Of a stretch of DNA of 64,000 nt, positions 25,395 through 38,825 are shown in pieces (the first letter of the stretch is position 1; each line of letters begins with the position of its first letter). The position numbers were made by a program, and so were the translations under genes. Source of the DNA: Felis catus. Taxonomy: Eukaryota. The stretch covers positions 15,254,001-15,318,000 of the forward strand of contig NC_058383.1 of the NCBI RefSeq assembly GCF_018350175.1. Reading direction: 5' to 3'. Below the pieces are notes generated by a model. The model worked only from the letters and a program-made list of their open reading frames with translations, did no database searches and was not told the DNA's origin.

Positions 25395-26572
25395 CTGATC
25401 AATCTTCTCTTGATCGAACTACCAATCTACAGGAAATACAGGGGGCAAAGGAACAAGCAATCAGCAAAATCTAAAATATAGACAGAGGGAACTAGCCAGG
25501 ATAAATGACACATTTTCTTCAACAAACTTACTGGTGTGGGGGCAGGGGGAGCAGAGTAGAGAGAGAACACATGAAAGAGGAACAGATTAAAAGAAATTTA
25601 AAAAAGAAAGAATCCAATTACAGTTAATGATCCTTATTTGGATCTAAATTCACAAATACTATTTTAATAAGAAATAGTTGGTCAAGTCTGAAACCTTCTA
25701 TTTCCAATACTTAAGAGACTATTGTTAAAACTGTTCAATTATGAGAACAGTATTCTGAATAAGTGTATATAGTGAGTGTATATCTTTTAGAGACATATAC
25801 AGTTATAGATGAGCCATATAACATAGGGTTTGCTTCAAAATAATAGGATATGGCAGAGAAAATGGGTAGAGGTAGAACTGAAACAAGACTGGTCATGAGT
25901 TGGTAATTTTTGAAGCTGGGTGAACAGATGGAGGTCATTAGACCAATCTCTCTACTTCTATGTATGTTTGAAATTCTCCATAATAAAAGTTTATTTTACT
26001 TTTTTAATTTTTATTTTATTTTTATTTTATTTTATTTTTTTACTTTTTTTAATTAAAAAAATTTTTTTATGTTTATTTTTGAGAGAGTGCGAGTGGGGAG
26101 GGGCAGAGAGAGAGGGAGACATGGAATCCAAAGCAGGCTCCAGTCTCTGAGCTGTCAGCACAGAGCCCGATGCAGGGCTTGAACCCACGAACCATGAGAT
26201 CATGACCTGAGCCCAAGTCAGACGTTTAACCAACTGAGCCACCTAGTCAACCCTAAAAGTTTATTTTAAAGCCAACCAATTCCTCACTGTAACACTATTT
26301 TATTTCTCAGCATACTAATGTTACTGTGTAGTTTTTAATTATTTATTTTGCACTGACTGCCTCCCTCTCAATAAATATAAGCTTTATAAGAGCAAAAGCT
26401 CCGTCTTTACTGTTATTATCCCCATTGCCTAGAATGGTGCCACGTTCTTGATTAATATTTCTGAATGAATAAATAACACATCTGGGACCTCCTATAGAGT
26501 TTTATAAGGTACTAACTTCACCACAACAAAGCACCATAGGAAGTGGGATGACATTGGCCAGCAGGAGCTCAC

Positions 26573-26683
26573 CTTCACTTCAATGAAGTCAGGATTCCCC
26601 AGGGACACCAGCTCGGCATAGGCCTGGAGTTCGTCTACATTCCACGCTTTCACTAGAGTCAGCCTGTACACGGTACGCTGTTG
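26573..26683 (-). CDS. TYW1: TYW1 coding exon (probably exon 14 in human numbering), QQRTVYRLTLVKAWNVDELQAYAELVSLGNPDFIEVK, radical-SAM core region
   Basis: 111 bp = 37 codons. Acceptor cttttcctttgtttcag|CAA and donor AAG|gtgagc. The peptide matches recalled mammalian TYW1. Confidence 0.96.
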
Positions 26684-26799
26684 CTGAAACAAAGGAAAAG
26701 CCAACTTCGTTTTTATGTTGGTAGAAGTCACACCTTGGAAGGCTTTCAAATTTCTTCAATCCCCTAGAGACCCAGGTAATGTGAAATTCAGCCAGAACT

Positions 26800-27023
26800 T
26801 TTTAAAAAAATTTTTTAAAAATGTTTTATTTATTTTTAAGACAGAGACAGAGCACGAGCAGGGTAGGGGCAGAGAGAGAGAGATACACACACAGAATCCG
26901 AAGCAGGCTCCAGGCCCTGAGCTGTCAGCACAGAGCCCGACGCGGGGCTCGAACTCACGAACTGTGAGATCATGACCTGAGCCAAAGTCGGACGCTTAGC
27001 CAACTGAGCCACCCAGGCGCCCC
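26800..27023 (-). mobile_element. Can-SINE, TSD cagccagaactt, ~115 bp from the TYW1 exon acceptor
   Basis: Full element with direct repeat. Confidence 0.93.
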
Positions 27024-27603
27024 CAGCCAGAACTTCTATAAGCCAAAGTTATATTTTGTAGAAAGACGAAAAAAAAAAATGAAAACAATATAATAAGATT
27101 CCCATAAGCCTTTTAAGGGCACAGATATTGGCATGTATCTTTTCTCACTCATAATCTCTACCACTACATTAGGCACCCAAATGTTTCTTGAAAACGACAC
27201 ACTGAATTAGATTTAGTAAGGAATAGTAAATTGACCAAATAGTTTAAGACTGTTGAAAATTAATTCAAATAACCTTCAGGCTTTCAGGTACCAATCACTC
27301 AAGTGTTTATGACAAGAATTTCTAATTACTCTTCTCTTCTTTCCTGCTTTCTTAACATTTTAATGATCTCCTGTTGGCAGAAAAGGCACATTTATGAACT
27401 GTCAGTATTGTCACCTGTTTACCACTTAACCAAAAGAGGTAGTAGTTTTCTGAAAAGCAATTAGACAACAGACATCAAAGGCTTTAACAAGTTTATGCCC
27501 TTTGACTTTGTAGCTCTCTCCCTTCCAGGACCCGAGACAATTTTTCAAACGTTCAAAGCGTTATTGAAACATCTCAGGACAGTATGAAAAAGGGGTTAAA
27601 ATC

Positions 27604-27819
27604 TTTTTTTTTTTTAACGTTTATTTATTTTTGAGACAGAGAGAGACAGAGCATGAACGGGGGAGGGTCAGAGAGAGAGGGAGACACAGAATCGGAAGCA
27701 GGCTCCAGGCTCTGAGCCATCAGCACAGAGCCCGACGTGGGGCTCAAACTCACGGACCGTGAGATCATGACCTAAGCCGAAAGTGGGACGCTTAACCAAC
27801 CGAGCCACCCAGGCGCCCC
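27604..27819 (-). mobile_element. Can-SINE, TSD aaaag(g/a)ggttaaaatct
   Basis: Full element with direct repeat. Confidence 0.93.
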
Positions 27820-28099
27820 AAAAGAGGTTAAAATCTAAAGCAAGACTAGGGAGCGGGACCTAGGACTTGCCTATAACCAGTAGTATATGGTGGAGGTGGG
27901 GTCTATGTGCATACGCACGCAGGGCCACACCCATCTGGAGCAAGTTCCCGGATAATATCCATGCTGCTACGACGCACAGCATGTTTTAAGTAGTGAGGCT
28001 CTAAATACTTGAGAGAAAAAGTGAGGCGAGAGAGGAACAAAATGATACCAACCTCTCTACTTTTGCCTATGTTTGAAGATTTCCATAATTAGTGAAAGA

Positions 28100-29250
28100 G
28101 AAGAAACACTCGAGATCTTCGATGAACAAAATGAAAAGATCTCCACTGAACAGTATTTGGAAGCCATACCAGAAAACGTACTCAAAAATTACTTTAAAAC
28201 ACAGTATATAATGCATGAAAAGACAGAGATCTTCCAGATTCCCTTTACGTATAAAGCCAGAATTCACTTAAAACGGGTAGAGAACAGCAGACCAATCCCA
28301 CTTGTACTTATAGATACAAAAATCTTATAGAAACTTTAGCAAATACAATTCAGCAGTATGTTGAAAATTCTAGGAATGCAAAGATGATTCGATATGTGGT
28401 TACATATTAATATAATTCATCACAGAGTTCAACACAGAAAAGTATACGCAATCATCTTCACAGACACACAAAGGTATTTGGTATAATTTAAAAGCCATCC
28501 TTAATTTGAAAACAAAACAGAGTAATCAAATCAAAAACCATTTGGCAAACTACACAATTAAAAAACACAACCTTAACATAAAATGGTCAATGTCATTCTC
28601 AGTGGCTTATGAAAAATACAGGCATTCCCATTTAGTCAGACTAACAGAAGAATGTCCACTCTGTTATTTTTATGAACACTTCCCTGAAAGTTAAAATCCA
28701 AGCAATAAGGCAAGGGAGCAAGAATTGCTGGACACCACACAAAAAATCATTACTTGCAAATGATGTAACTGGCTTCTTGGAAACCTAAGAAAATCAACTA
28801 AAAAGTTGTATTAAGGAAAAGTATAAAAATGAACTGCCTTCTTAGCATGGATCAGTGGAATGAATATGGGCACTGGGGCCGGACCAAAGCCCAGACCACA
28901 CACTTAGCTATTTTCATCTCCCTGTTCTCAGTTTCTACCCTGTGAAAAATGGGGGTCCTACACAGGATTAAAAGCTTCAACCCGTGTAGAACTTAGAACC
29001 CCAAGAAGTACTAGCTACTATATGCCAGCAGCAACCAATTATGAAATACAAGGCAAGGAAAATTCCACTTACAACTATAAAATACATCTATAAAATATCT
29101 AGTGATTAGTTTATGAAATAACATGGACACTGAAGAAAATAAACTTTTCTGAAAGACCTAAACAAAAACTCACTACATGGAGAGACATGACAGATTTATA
29201 ATATAGTGTTAACTCCAATGGGAGTTTATAATTCCTTTGGACAAATAAAC
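28100..29250 (+). mobile_element. Highly decayed L1ME-like ORF2 remnant with an embedded MIR fragment
   Basis: agaccaatcccacttgtacttatagatacaaaaatctta…ctaggaatgcaaagatgattc resembles the L1 RT region. Confidence 0.55.
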
Positions 29251-29289
29251 TGGCAATGATACCAACAATAACAAGAAAAGGAGTTAGCA

Positions 29290-29500
29290 GTTACTCAGCA
29301 CTGACTACACGCCAGCTGTTACTGTAAGTGCTTAACATTGGAGCGAAGAGTCCAGTATCTGTCTACTCTACAACAAATCTTACAAAATAGGTTTGATTAT
29401 TATCTTCACATCACAGTTGTGAAATTGAGGCCTTGAGCTGTTAGATAAATGTCCCAAAGTCACACAGCTGGAAAGCGGCAAAGCTGGCATGTGAACCCAA
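29290..29500 (-). mobile_element. MIR
   Basis: gaaattgaggcc…gtcccaaagtcacacagctggaaagcggcaaagctggcatgtgaaccca. Confidence 0.75.
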
Positions 29501-29529
29501 GGGGCACGGCCCTCTCTGCTTTGCTAAAC

Positions 29530-30600
29530 CTTTTCAAATTGTGAAACAAAACATACAAAGAGAAACGTATATAAGACACATCTGTATAGCAAAAGGGGTT
29601 AACACAAAGAACATACCCATCACCCAGTTGCTATCCGCTCCCTCTGTCCCAAAGATACCCAATACCATTATTCTTTTGTGTCTTGCTTCTGTCATCCAAC
29701 ATTTTCAGAAAATCCATCCGTGTTGCTGCACGTTGACATTTGCTCATTTTCCTTGTTAGCCAGTACTCCATCATTTGAATATACAACAATTCATTCGACC
29801 ATTCCCCCAACGATAGACATCTGGATCATCTCCACTTTTTAGCTGTTCTAAAACAGTGCTGTTGTATTTTTATCACACTAGAGTTTAATTTTGCCTGTTT
29901 CAGGAAATTGTATAAAATGCTATTATGACTTATACTCAATTAGATCTGGCTTCTTTCACTGAATTTGATGTTTGTGAGATTAAACATACTGCTGTGTATC
30001 TATTATGTGAACATACTACTAGTGAAGTTTTGGTTATTTTCCAGTTTGGGTCCTACCAAAATAGTGTCTGTTGCCCTCTGTGTTATTATACTTCACTCTT
30101 GAGATGCACAAGAGCATGTATTTTTCTTGGATGCACCTACGTGTGGAAACACTGGGTCACAGGAGGTGTATTCATGCAGTTTCAGCATATACTGTCAAAC
30201 TGGTTTCCAAAGTGATTTTACAAAACTTTCACCTGCAGTGTCTCAGGGTTCCAGCTCTTTCTCTTCCTTAACCACACTTGCAGTTTTCAGTCTTTAAATT
30301 TTGCCACTCTTGCGTTGTCTATTTTGTATTTGCCTGACTACTAAAGAGGTTGATTATGTTTCTGGCCATTTGGATGCCGGATATTGGGAAGTACTTGTTC
30401 AAGTGTTTTAAATATTTCTGTATTGGGCTGTCTTCTTCCTACTGACTGTTTTTTGTTTTGTTTTGTTTTGTTTTCAAATGCTTTATATATCCTGGCTATA
30501 AGAGAGCTGTTATAAAGGCCTTGGGAACATTTCCATTCACTTTATGGCTTTCCTTTTCACTTTCTTCGTATCTTTTGATTAGCAGAAATAGCTAATTTTC
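29530..30600 (-). mobile_element. Old L1ME 3' region
   Basis: Reverse-complement L1 3' motifs (ctgtcaaactggtttccaaagtga…tgcctgactactaaagaggttga). Confidence 0.65.
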
Positions 30601-31659
30601 ATACCTTTTTATCTATAGCATACTTATATCAAATTGCTACAAAGAGAAACATTATGGGGTTACTGGAAAAGGAATGTTAGTGGATTTGATTAGTTCATTT
30701 CAAATTATCAACTTTGCATTCTGGGTTTTGCTGTGACTATGGGGAGCTTGTTCAATGGAATCATTTCAGAGATTTTATTTAAAGTCTGTTTAAAATTAGT
30801 TAAAGCAGTTCCTAAGGTCTACAGAAGAACAAAAGGGTGGTACACTCTAGTTAGATTAGATTAAAACAAAAACCGGGTGCAGATGTTTCTTGAAAGGTGA
30901 AGGCTGGAATTTCCTCTGCAAAGGAAATATTTACCATTGCTATTTTATCTTCTGTTAAAAAAGAAAAAAAAGTTGGAGTGTCAACTGGACTGTATTCATT
31001 TCATTTGCATTAAACTTATTTTTTTCAGTTTGGAGATTTAGTAATTTTAATTTGCATAGGTTCTGGAATGGTTATTACTGCAGAATTTTCTGAATGTGGC
31101 ATGTTATCTCATAGGGACAGTTATATAAAAATAGGATGAATATAAAAATAGGATGAAGGTATTGACTTCAGACAAACAGTTTACCTACTTGCTGTTCAAT
31201 GTACAGTGTTATTTGTAAAATGTCACAGTGTGACTTGTCAAAAATGTCAAGAAGTTGGCATCTTATAATTTCATATATTTTCTGTTTGAGAGTCTAAGAT
31301 CCCCCCAACCTGCCCCAGTGGTCTGCACACAGTAACAGAATTTTGAAAGTAATATCACATCAAATGTGGTTGGTCCCTAGCAAGAGACCTAGATGTTCAC
31401 CTCGAAATTTTCGATCAGATCTTTGCGACAGATTTTAAATTTGGGTTTTAACTTGTGTTGTTTCTTAGAGGGAAGTAATAGATGAACTGAAAATACACGG
31501 GGTGAAAACAAAGGTCAAAATACCTAAGGTAAATGTTAAATGCTTATCAGGGGGAACCGAGGCAGAAAAAGATTTCAAGTGCAAAGTAGAAAAGGCCCGA
31601 GTAGTCAGGAAGGCCAGGAGAAAGGAGGAAAAAGAACCACAGAGTAACAATTAAGCTAC

Positions 31660-32050
31660 GGCTCTTGGCTCCGGAATCGGCTGTGTGCGTTCAGGCACGC
31701 ACTCTCTGCCTCTGTAAAATGGAGAGAGCACCAGTACCAGTATCTTGTAGTATGGTTGTAAAGTCAAAAGAACTAAAACAACGGTCTTAGAACATGGCCT
31801 GGCACAAAGAAAGGTATGAATAAATTTCGGCTACCATCACCACCACCACCAGCAGCTCCACAGATTCATCACAGGTATCAACCAATAGTCACCGGGTTCC
31901 TCTCTATGCTGGGCCTAATTCTAGGTGCTAGAGATACAGCAGCGAACAAAGCCAAGTGCCAACTGTTGTGTCATTTACATTCTAGTCTGACAAATAAACA
32001 AAACCAGAGTCAGAAAAAAATTAGTGACCATAGTAATGCCAAAAGAGGAG
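31660..32050. mobile_element. MIR (+) followed by an L2 3' fragment (-)
   Basis: ctctgtaaaatggagagagca…; gctgggcctaattctaggtgctagagatacagcagcgaacaaa. Confidence 0.6.
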
Positions 32051-32220
32051 AGGAGCTGGGAAACCAGCAGAGGTTACGACTCCACCACTGATGCCTTTTG
32101 CACGATCTTCTCAATTTATAAAAAGCAAACTGAATACTGACCAAATTGTATGTTTGTCAAAAACTAATTCTGAATGGCTTAAAGCCAAAAAACAACTTAA
32201 AATTCAAACAGTCCCTCACT

Positions 32221-32404
32221 GGGGTGGCCTGGGTGGCTCAGTTGGTTAAGCATCTGACTCTTGATTTTGGCTCAGGTCATGATCTTGCAGTTCGTGAGAT
32301 TGAGCCCCGTGTCGGGCTCTGCACTGAAGCCTGCTTGGGATTCTTTCTCTCTGCCCCGCTCATACCCTCTCTCTCTCTCTCCCTCTCTCAAAAATTAAAC
32401 TTTT

Positions 32405-32451
<47 letters not shown>
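32221..32451 (+). mobile_element. Can-SINE ending in an (AC)22 microsatellite
   Basis: Head and CT tract, then (AC)n at 32407-32450; TSD aca(g/a)tccctcact. Confidence 0.9.
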
Positions 32452-32455
<4 letters not shown>

Positions 32456-33355
32456 CTCACTGATGACCATTGTTTCTAAAAGCAAAGAACATTTAATGCC
32501 TCTACTAGAAGTTGGGCAACCTATCAAACTCCTTAGAAAGCATGCCTTGTTGTTGAAATGGCTTTAAACTAAGCTTTATACTATCTGTGGAAGACAAAAC
32601 AAAATGTGTCAACTTGGTAAGTCAAATAAACAAAGAATGAAAAGGTAAATTCAAAGATATAATTCATGATGCAACCAAATGAAACATTCTTTATGCTCAA
32701 AGATAAGCAGGAAAACTGTTATTATAGAATTACTCTCTAAATAAAGTAACCAACCAATTTCAAGCTTAATGAACAACTGAAAATTCCAATAAAGGAAAGA
32801 GGGCAAGACAAGATAATAAGCCTCAGTGAAGAAAATCTGATCCAGTGGGAAAAGAAATCATTTAAAGGAAACACATCAAGTCATTAATAATGCTTATTTC
32901 CCAAAAAGGAAGAGAAAGATTGTAGGCTTATTATTTAAATTTCTTTTTAAAGGCCCATAAAATACTACAACGTGTACTAACATACACATTACAAAAGTCT
33001 CAAGAGAGAAAAGAAAAAATGGCAAAAAGAATGTTTGGAAAAAGAATGGCCAAAAACTTCAAAAATTTGGTGAAAAACATAAATCTACACATCCAAGAAG
33101 CTCTACAAACTCCAAAAATGATAAACTCAAAGAGTCTCATAATGAGACACATTATAATCAGACTGTCAAAAGACAAAGAAAGAGGGGTGCCTGAGTGGTT
33201 TAGTTGGTTAAATGTCCGGCTCATGATTTCAGCTCAGGTCATGATCTCACAGTTCGTGGGTTTGAACCCCGCATCAGGCTCCACACTGACAGTACAGAGT
33301 CTGCTTGGGACTCTCTCTCTCCTTTTCTCCCTGCCCTTCCCCTATGTGCTTTCTC

Positions 33356-33402
<47 letters not shown>

Positions 33403-36400
33403 AAAATAAATAAATAAATAAATCTTTAAAAAAAAATAAAAAGACAAAAAAATAATAGCTATAAACACCTGCATTAAAAAAAAAATCTCAAAATTCACAA
33501 CTCAAGTATCTGGTCCAGAAGAGTAAATTAAACCGAAAGTAAAGAGTAAGAAAGAAATAATAAAGATGAGAACAGAACAGAAGTAAAAGAAATAGAGAAG
33601 AGAGAAAGAATGGAGAAGGAAAAAAACCCGAAGTTGGTTCTATGAAAATATCAATGCAATTGACAAACCTGAAACTAGACTAAAAAAAAAAAAAAAAAAA
33701 AAAAGGACAGAAAAGACACAACTAAAAATCAGAACTGAAAGCGGAGACAATACTGCCAACCTTGCAAAAACAAAAAGGTTATAAAAGAATACTGTGAACA
33801 ACTATGTCAATAAATTAAATATAACCTAAATTAAATGGACAAATTCTGGGGCACCTGGGTGGCTCAGTCGGTTAAGTGTCTGACTCTTGGTTTCGGCTAA
33901 GGTCATGATCTCACAGTTTCTGGGTTTGAGCCCCACATTGGGCTCTGCACTGATAGTGTGGAACCTGCTTAGGATTCTCTCTCTCTCTCCCTCTCTGTTC
34001 CTCCCACTTGTGTTCTCTGTCTCAAAATAAATAAATAAACTTTAAAAAAAATGGACAAATTCTTAGAAACACACAAATTACCAAAAATGACTCAAAGAGA
34101 AATGGAAAATCTGAACAGATCTGCAACAAGTAAAGAGATTAAATCAGTAATGAAGAAACTCCCACACAAAGTCCAGAAACAATGGCTGCACTGGTGAATT
34201 CTGCCAAACATTTCAAGGGTAATATTCTTAAACTCCTCCCATTAACAGAAGAAAAATGAACACTTCTGAACTCCTTCTCTGATGTCAGCATTACCTTTGA
34301 ACCAAACCAAAGATAGCACAAGAAAATACCCAGTGTCCCTTATGAATATAAATGCAGAAATCCTCAACAAAATACTATCAAATTGGATCCAATAGCATAT
34401 TAAAGTATTATGTACCATGAATAAGTAGGATTTATGCCAGGAATGAAAAAGATAACGTGCTTCATGAATCCATTTATACAAAATATCCAGAACAGGTAGA
34501 TCCTCAGAAGTAGAAAGCAGATTAGTGGTTGTCAGCAACTGGGTAGGGAGGATGGGGAGTAACTACTTAATAGATACAAGACTTTATTTGGAAAGATGAA
34601 AATGTATAGGAACTACGTAGAGGTGGTAACTGAATAACACCATGAACGTACTAACTGCCGGTGAATTCTTCATTTAAAATGGTTAACTTTATGTTATTTG
34701 AATTTCACCTCAATAAAAAATAAAAAATCCCTGTCAAAACTCCAGCTGCCCATTTTTCGGGGATGGGGGAATTGATTTTCAAGATGCATATAGAAATGCA
34801 TATGGGCCAAAACAGCCAAAATAACTTTGAAGAAGACAAATTTGGAGGACTCACACTTCCTGATTTCAAGACTTACTCAAAGCTATACTAATCAAGACTG
34901 TGTGAAACTGACATAAGAACAGACATACAGAACCATGGAACAGAATGGAGTCCAGAAGTGAACCTACACATATATAGACAACTGATCTGACAAGCAGGTC
35001 AAGTCCATTCAATGGAGGAAAAATAGTCTCTTCAACAAACAGTCCTGAGACAACTAGATATTCACGTGCAAATGCATGAAGTGGAAGCCTACTTCATATT
35101 CTACATGAAGATTAAGTGAAAAGATCCATATGTAAGAGCTAAGACAATGAAACTCTATGAAAAAAATATAAGGACCTTGGATTAAGCCATTAGACATGAC
35201 ATTAAAGCACAAGCAACAAATGAAAAACTAAGGTGAACTTCATCAAAATTAACTTTCCTGCTTCAGCTTAGTAGTTCCTCAAAAAGTTAAACATAGAATC
35301 AATATACGACCTAGCAATTCCATTCTTAGGTAGATACACCTGAGAGAATTAAAAATGTAGGGTTCACACTAAAACTTGTACATGAATATTCATAGTTTGT
35401 TAATCATAAGAGCAAAAGGTGGAATCAATGCAAATGTCCATCTGCTGAAGAATGGATAAACAAATGTAGTGTATCTATACAGTGGAATATTATTCAGTGG
35501 GGGGAGAGGGCAGAAGGGAAGAAGAATGAGGTTTTGATTAAAGCAATAACATGAGTGAATCCTGAAAACATTATGCTAACTGAAAGAAGCCCGACACTAT
35601 TAAAAATCGTCTGGAATTAGATAATGCTAATGATTGCACAATGTTGTGATAAGCTAAAAGCCAGTGAATTTATACACTTTGCTATCTATATAGATTCAAT
35701 GCAATCCCTATCAAACTTCCAATGGGAATTTTCACCCAACTAGAAAAAACAATCTGAAAATTTGTATCCAACCACAAAAGACGCTCAATAGCCAAAGCAA
35801 TCCTGAGAAAAAAAGAACAAAGCAGGAAGCATCACATATCCTGATTTCAATGTTTACTACAAAGCTCCAGTAATCAAACCAGTATGGCACTGGCATAAAG
35901 ACAAACACATAAACCAATGGGACAGAGAGCCCAAAATAAACACCTGTGTGTACATGTCAACTAATATTTGACAAGGGAACCAAGAATACTCAATCGGGAA
36001 AAGACAGTGTCTTCAGTAAATGGTGCCTGGAAAACTGTAAAACATACAAAGCAATGACTTGAAATGGATTAAAGATTTAAACATATGACCTGAAACCGTA
36101 AAACTCCTAGAAGAAAACACAGGGAAAAAGCTCTCTGACACTAATCTTAGCAATGACTTTTTGGATATGGCACCAAAAGCACGAGCAACAAAAGACAATG
36201 ACAATAGACAAATGGCACTCCCATCAAAACAAAAAGCTTCTGCACAGCAAAAGAAACCATCAACAAAATGAAAAGACAACCTATGGAATGGGAGAAAATA
36301 TTTACAAATCATCTTCTGATAAAGGGTTAATAGCTAAAAGAACTCCTACAACTCAATAACAAAAAACCAAACAATCTGATTTAAAAACGGGCAGAGTAAC

Positions 36401-36945
36401 TGAATAGACACTTTTCCAAAGAAGACATCCAAATGGTCAACAAGGACGTGAAAAGATGCTCAACATCACTAATCATCAGGGAAATGTAAATCAAAACCAC
36501 AATGATCTCAGTGATCAGCTCACACGTGTTGAATAGCCATCCTTAAGACGGCAAGAGAAGACAAGTGTTGAAAAGGATGTGGAAAACTGGGAACCCTTTT
36601 TGGGTTTTGGATTCAGGGAACCATTAGTGGTAGTGTAAATTGGTAAAGTCACTATGAACAGTATGAAGTATTCTCAAAAAATAAAAAAATAGAAGTAGTA
36701 TATGATCCAGCTACCCCACCTCTGGGTATATATCCAAAGGAAATAAAACAGGATATTCAAAATAGCCAAGATATGGAAACAAACCAAGTGTCTATCAACA
36801 GATGAATAGTTAAAGAATATGTGGTGTATATATATACATCAGCCAAGAGAAAGAAGAAAATACTCCCATTTGTGACAACATGGATAAACATGGACATCAA
36901 AGGCATTATAATAAGTGAGGTAAATCAGACAGAGAAAGACAAATA

Positions 36946-37214
36946 CAACTGACCCTTAGACAACATAGGTTTGAACTGTGTGGGCCTACTTATACACATG
37001 GATTTTCAGTAAATATATATGTACAGTACCATAAATATATTTTCTCTTCCTTGATTTTCTTAATAATGTTTTATTTAGCTTACTTCATTGTAAGAATATA
37101 GTATAATATGTAGAACATACTAAATGTCTTGGGAGAGTCAAAAGTTAATATGAAGATTTCCCACTGCACAGGGGGTCAGTGCCCCGACTCACTATGATGT
37201 TTAACAGTCAACTG
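36946..37214 (+). mobile_element. Tigger2-type (TcMar) MITE
   Basis: TIRs caactgacccttagacaaca … tgtttaacagtcaactg, flanked by TA on both sides. Confidence 0.85.
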
Positions 37215-38508
37215 TATGATACCACTTACGTGTGGAATTTACAAAAGGGGAACTCATGGAAACAGTCCCCTGAAGGGTGGGGGAACTGGAGAGATATTGG
37301 TCAAAGGGTACAAACTTGTAGTTATAAGATGAATAAAGTTCTGGAGATCTAATGTACAGCACAGCATTGTGATTTAGTTAACATTGTGATTTCATTAGTT
37401 TAGTTAACAATTTAGTTAACAAAGATGCTAAGAGACTAGATCTTAAATGTTCTCACCATTAAAAAATAATGATAATTATTGGATGTGATGAAGTGTTAAC
37501 TACCATGGTAACCATATTGCATTATATACATGTATCAAATGAACACACCTTAAACTTATAAAATGTCACATGTCAATTATCAATTACATCTCAACAAAAA
37601 ACCAGAAATAAGCAACAAGTATAGATATTTGATTTATTACAAAATTGGCACTATCGAATAAGGTAGAAAAGGATGGTATTTTAAATTAACCGTGCTGGGT
37701 CCGATGGGTGCTCATATGTGTGTGTGGGGGGGGGGGGGGGATAAAAGCATTCACACTTAGAAAATGTTTTAATGGATTACAGACTTAAATGTGAGAGAAA
37801 AACAACAAAATATCTAGAAAATAAGAATCTCTTCATGACTTTATTAAACAGTTTAAAATGCACTCCAGAGAAAAGAAAGCGTGTTTAGCTGGACTACATT
37901 AAAATTAGCAACTTCTCCTTATTAAAAGATATTATAAGAAAGAGACAAGCTACAGAGTGAAAAAAGACATTTACTCATTATCTACAATATATAAAGAACT
38001 CCTGAAAACCAATTAGAAAAAGATAATGCAAAACAAAAATTGACAAAAGCCATGAATGTTCTTGTATGGCCTTGAATAAGAGGGGTTTTTACGGTTTAAT
38101 AACAGAGGACAGTAACTTTTAAGAATGTATCCTTCTTGTAAGAGGGGATTCAAATGACCAATAAACAGATATGCAAAAAAAATAAAAATTTGGGGGGGGG
38201 GAAGGGCAGAGAGAGAGAGAGGGAGACACAGAAACTGAAGTAGGCTCCAGGCTCCAAGCCCGAGGTGGGGTTTGAACTCATGAGCCATGAGATCATGACC
38301 TGAATTGAAGTCAGAGCCTTAACCAACTGAGCCACCCAGGTGCCCCAACAGAAATGCAAATTAAATCCACAAGAAAATATTATTTCAAAGAAACACAAAA
38401 CCAGTTGGTAGCAAGGATGCATATTCACATGATGAAATATAGCAATGAAACAGACTACAGCGGTACACAACATCATGGATAAATCTAACAAACATGTAAA
38501 GCAAAAGA

Positions 38509-38825
38509 CAGTCGACTCTTGAACAACATGCGTTTGAACTGCGCAGATCCACTTAAACGTGAATTTTTTAGGGTACAGTACTGTAAATGTGTTTTTTCCT
38601 TGTGATTTTCTCAATATCTGCCTTTCTCTAGCTTACTTTATTGTAAGAATACAGTATAATACATATAACATACAAAGTATGTGTTCATCAACTGTTTATG
38701 TTATCGGTAAGGCTTCTAGGCGACAGCAGGCTAGTAGCTGGTTTGGGGAGGTGAAAGTTATACGTAGATTTTCAACTGCGCAAGGGGTCAGCACCCCAAC
38801 CCCAGCGTTATTCAAGGGTCAATTC
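38509..38825 (+). mobile_element. Tigger2-type (TcMar) MITE
   Basis: TIRs cagtcgactcttgaacaaca … cgttattcaagggtcaattc followed by TA; internal sequence homologous to the 36946 copy. Confidence 0.85.

Larger units (their letters stand above)
24400..26475 (+). mobile_element. L2 element split by an old L1 3' fragment (~25200-26000) and a minus-strand Can-SINE (~26000-26254)
   Basis: L2 body runs to 25138 and resumes ~26275, ending …aatatttctgaatgaataaataa. L1 3' end tttgaagctgggtga…attctccataataaaag. Confidence 0.7.

Noticed and set aside
26492..26749. ORF-track limits for the TYW1 exons (also 17029-17310)
   Set aside because: The ORFs extend into introns. True limits were set at the AG/GT sites.
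38150..38614. Longest ORF in the track (154 aa)
   Set aside because: It runs antisense across Tigger, L1 and SINE pieces, so it is a chance chimera.
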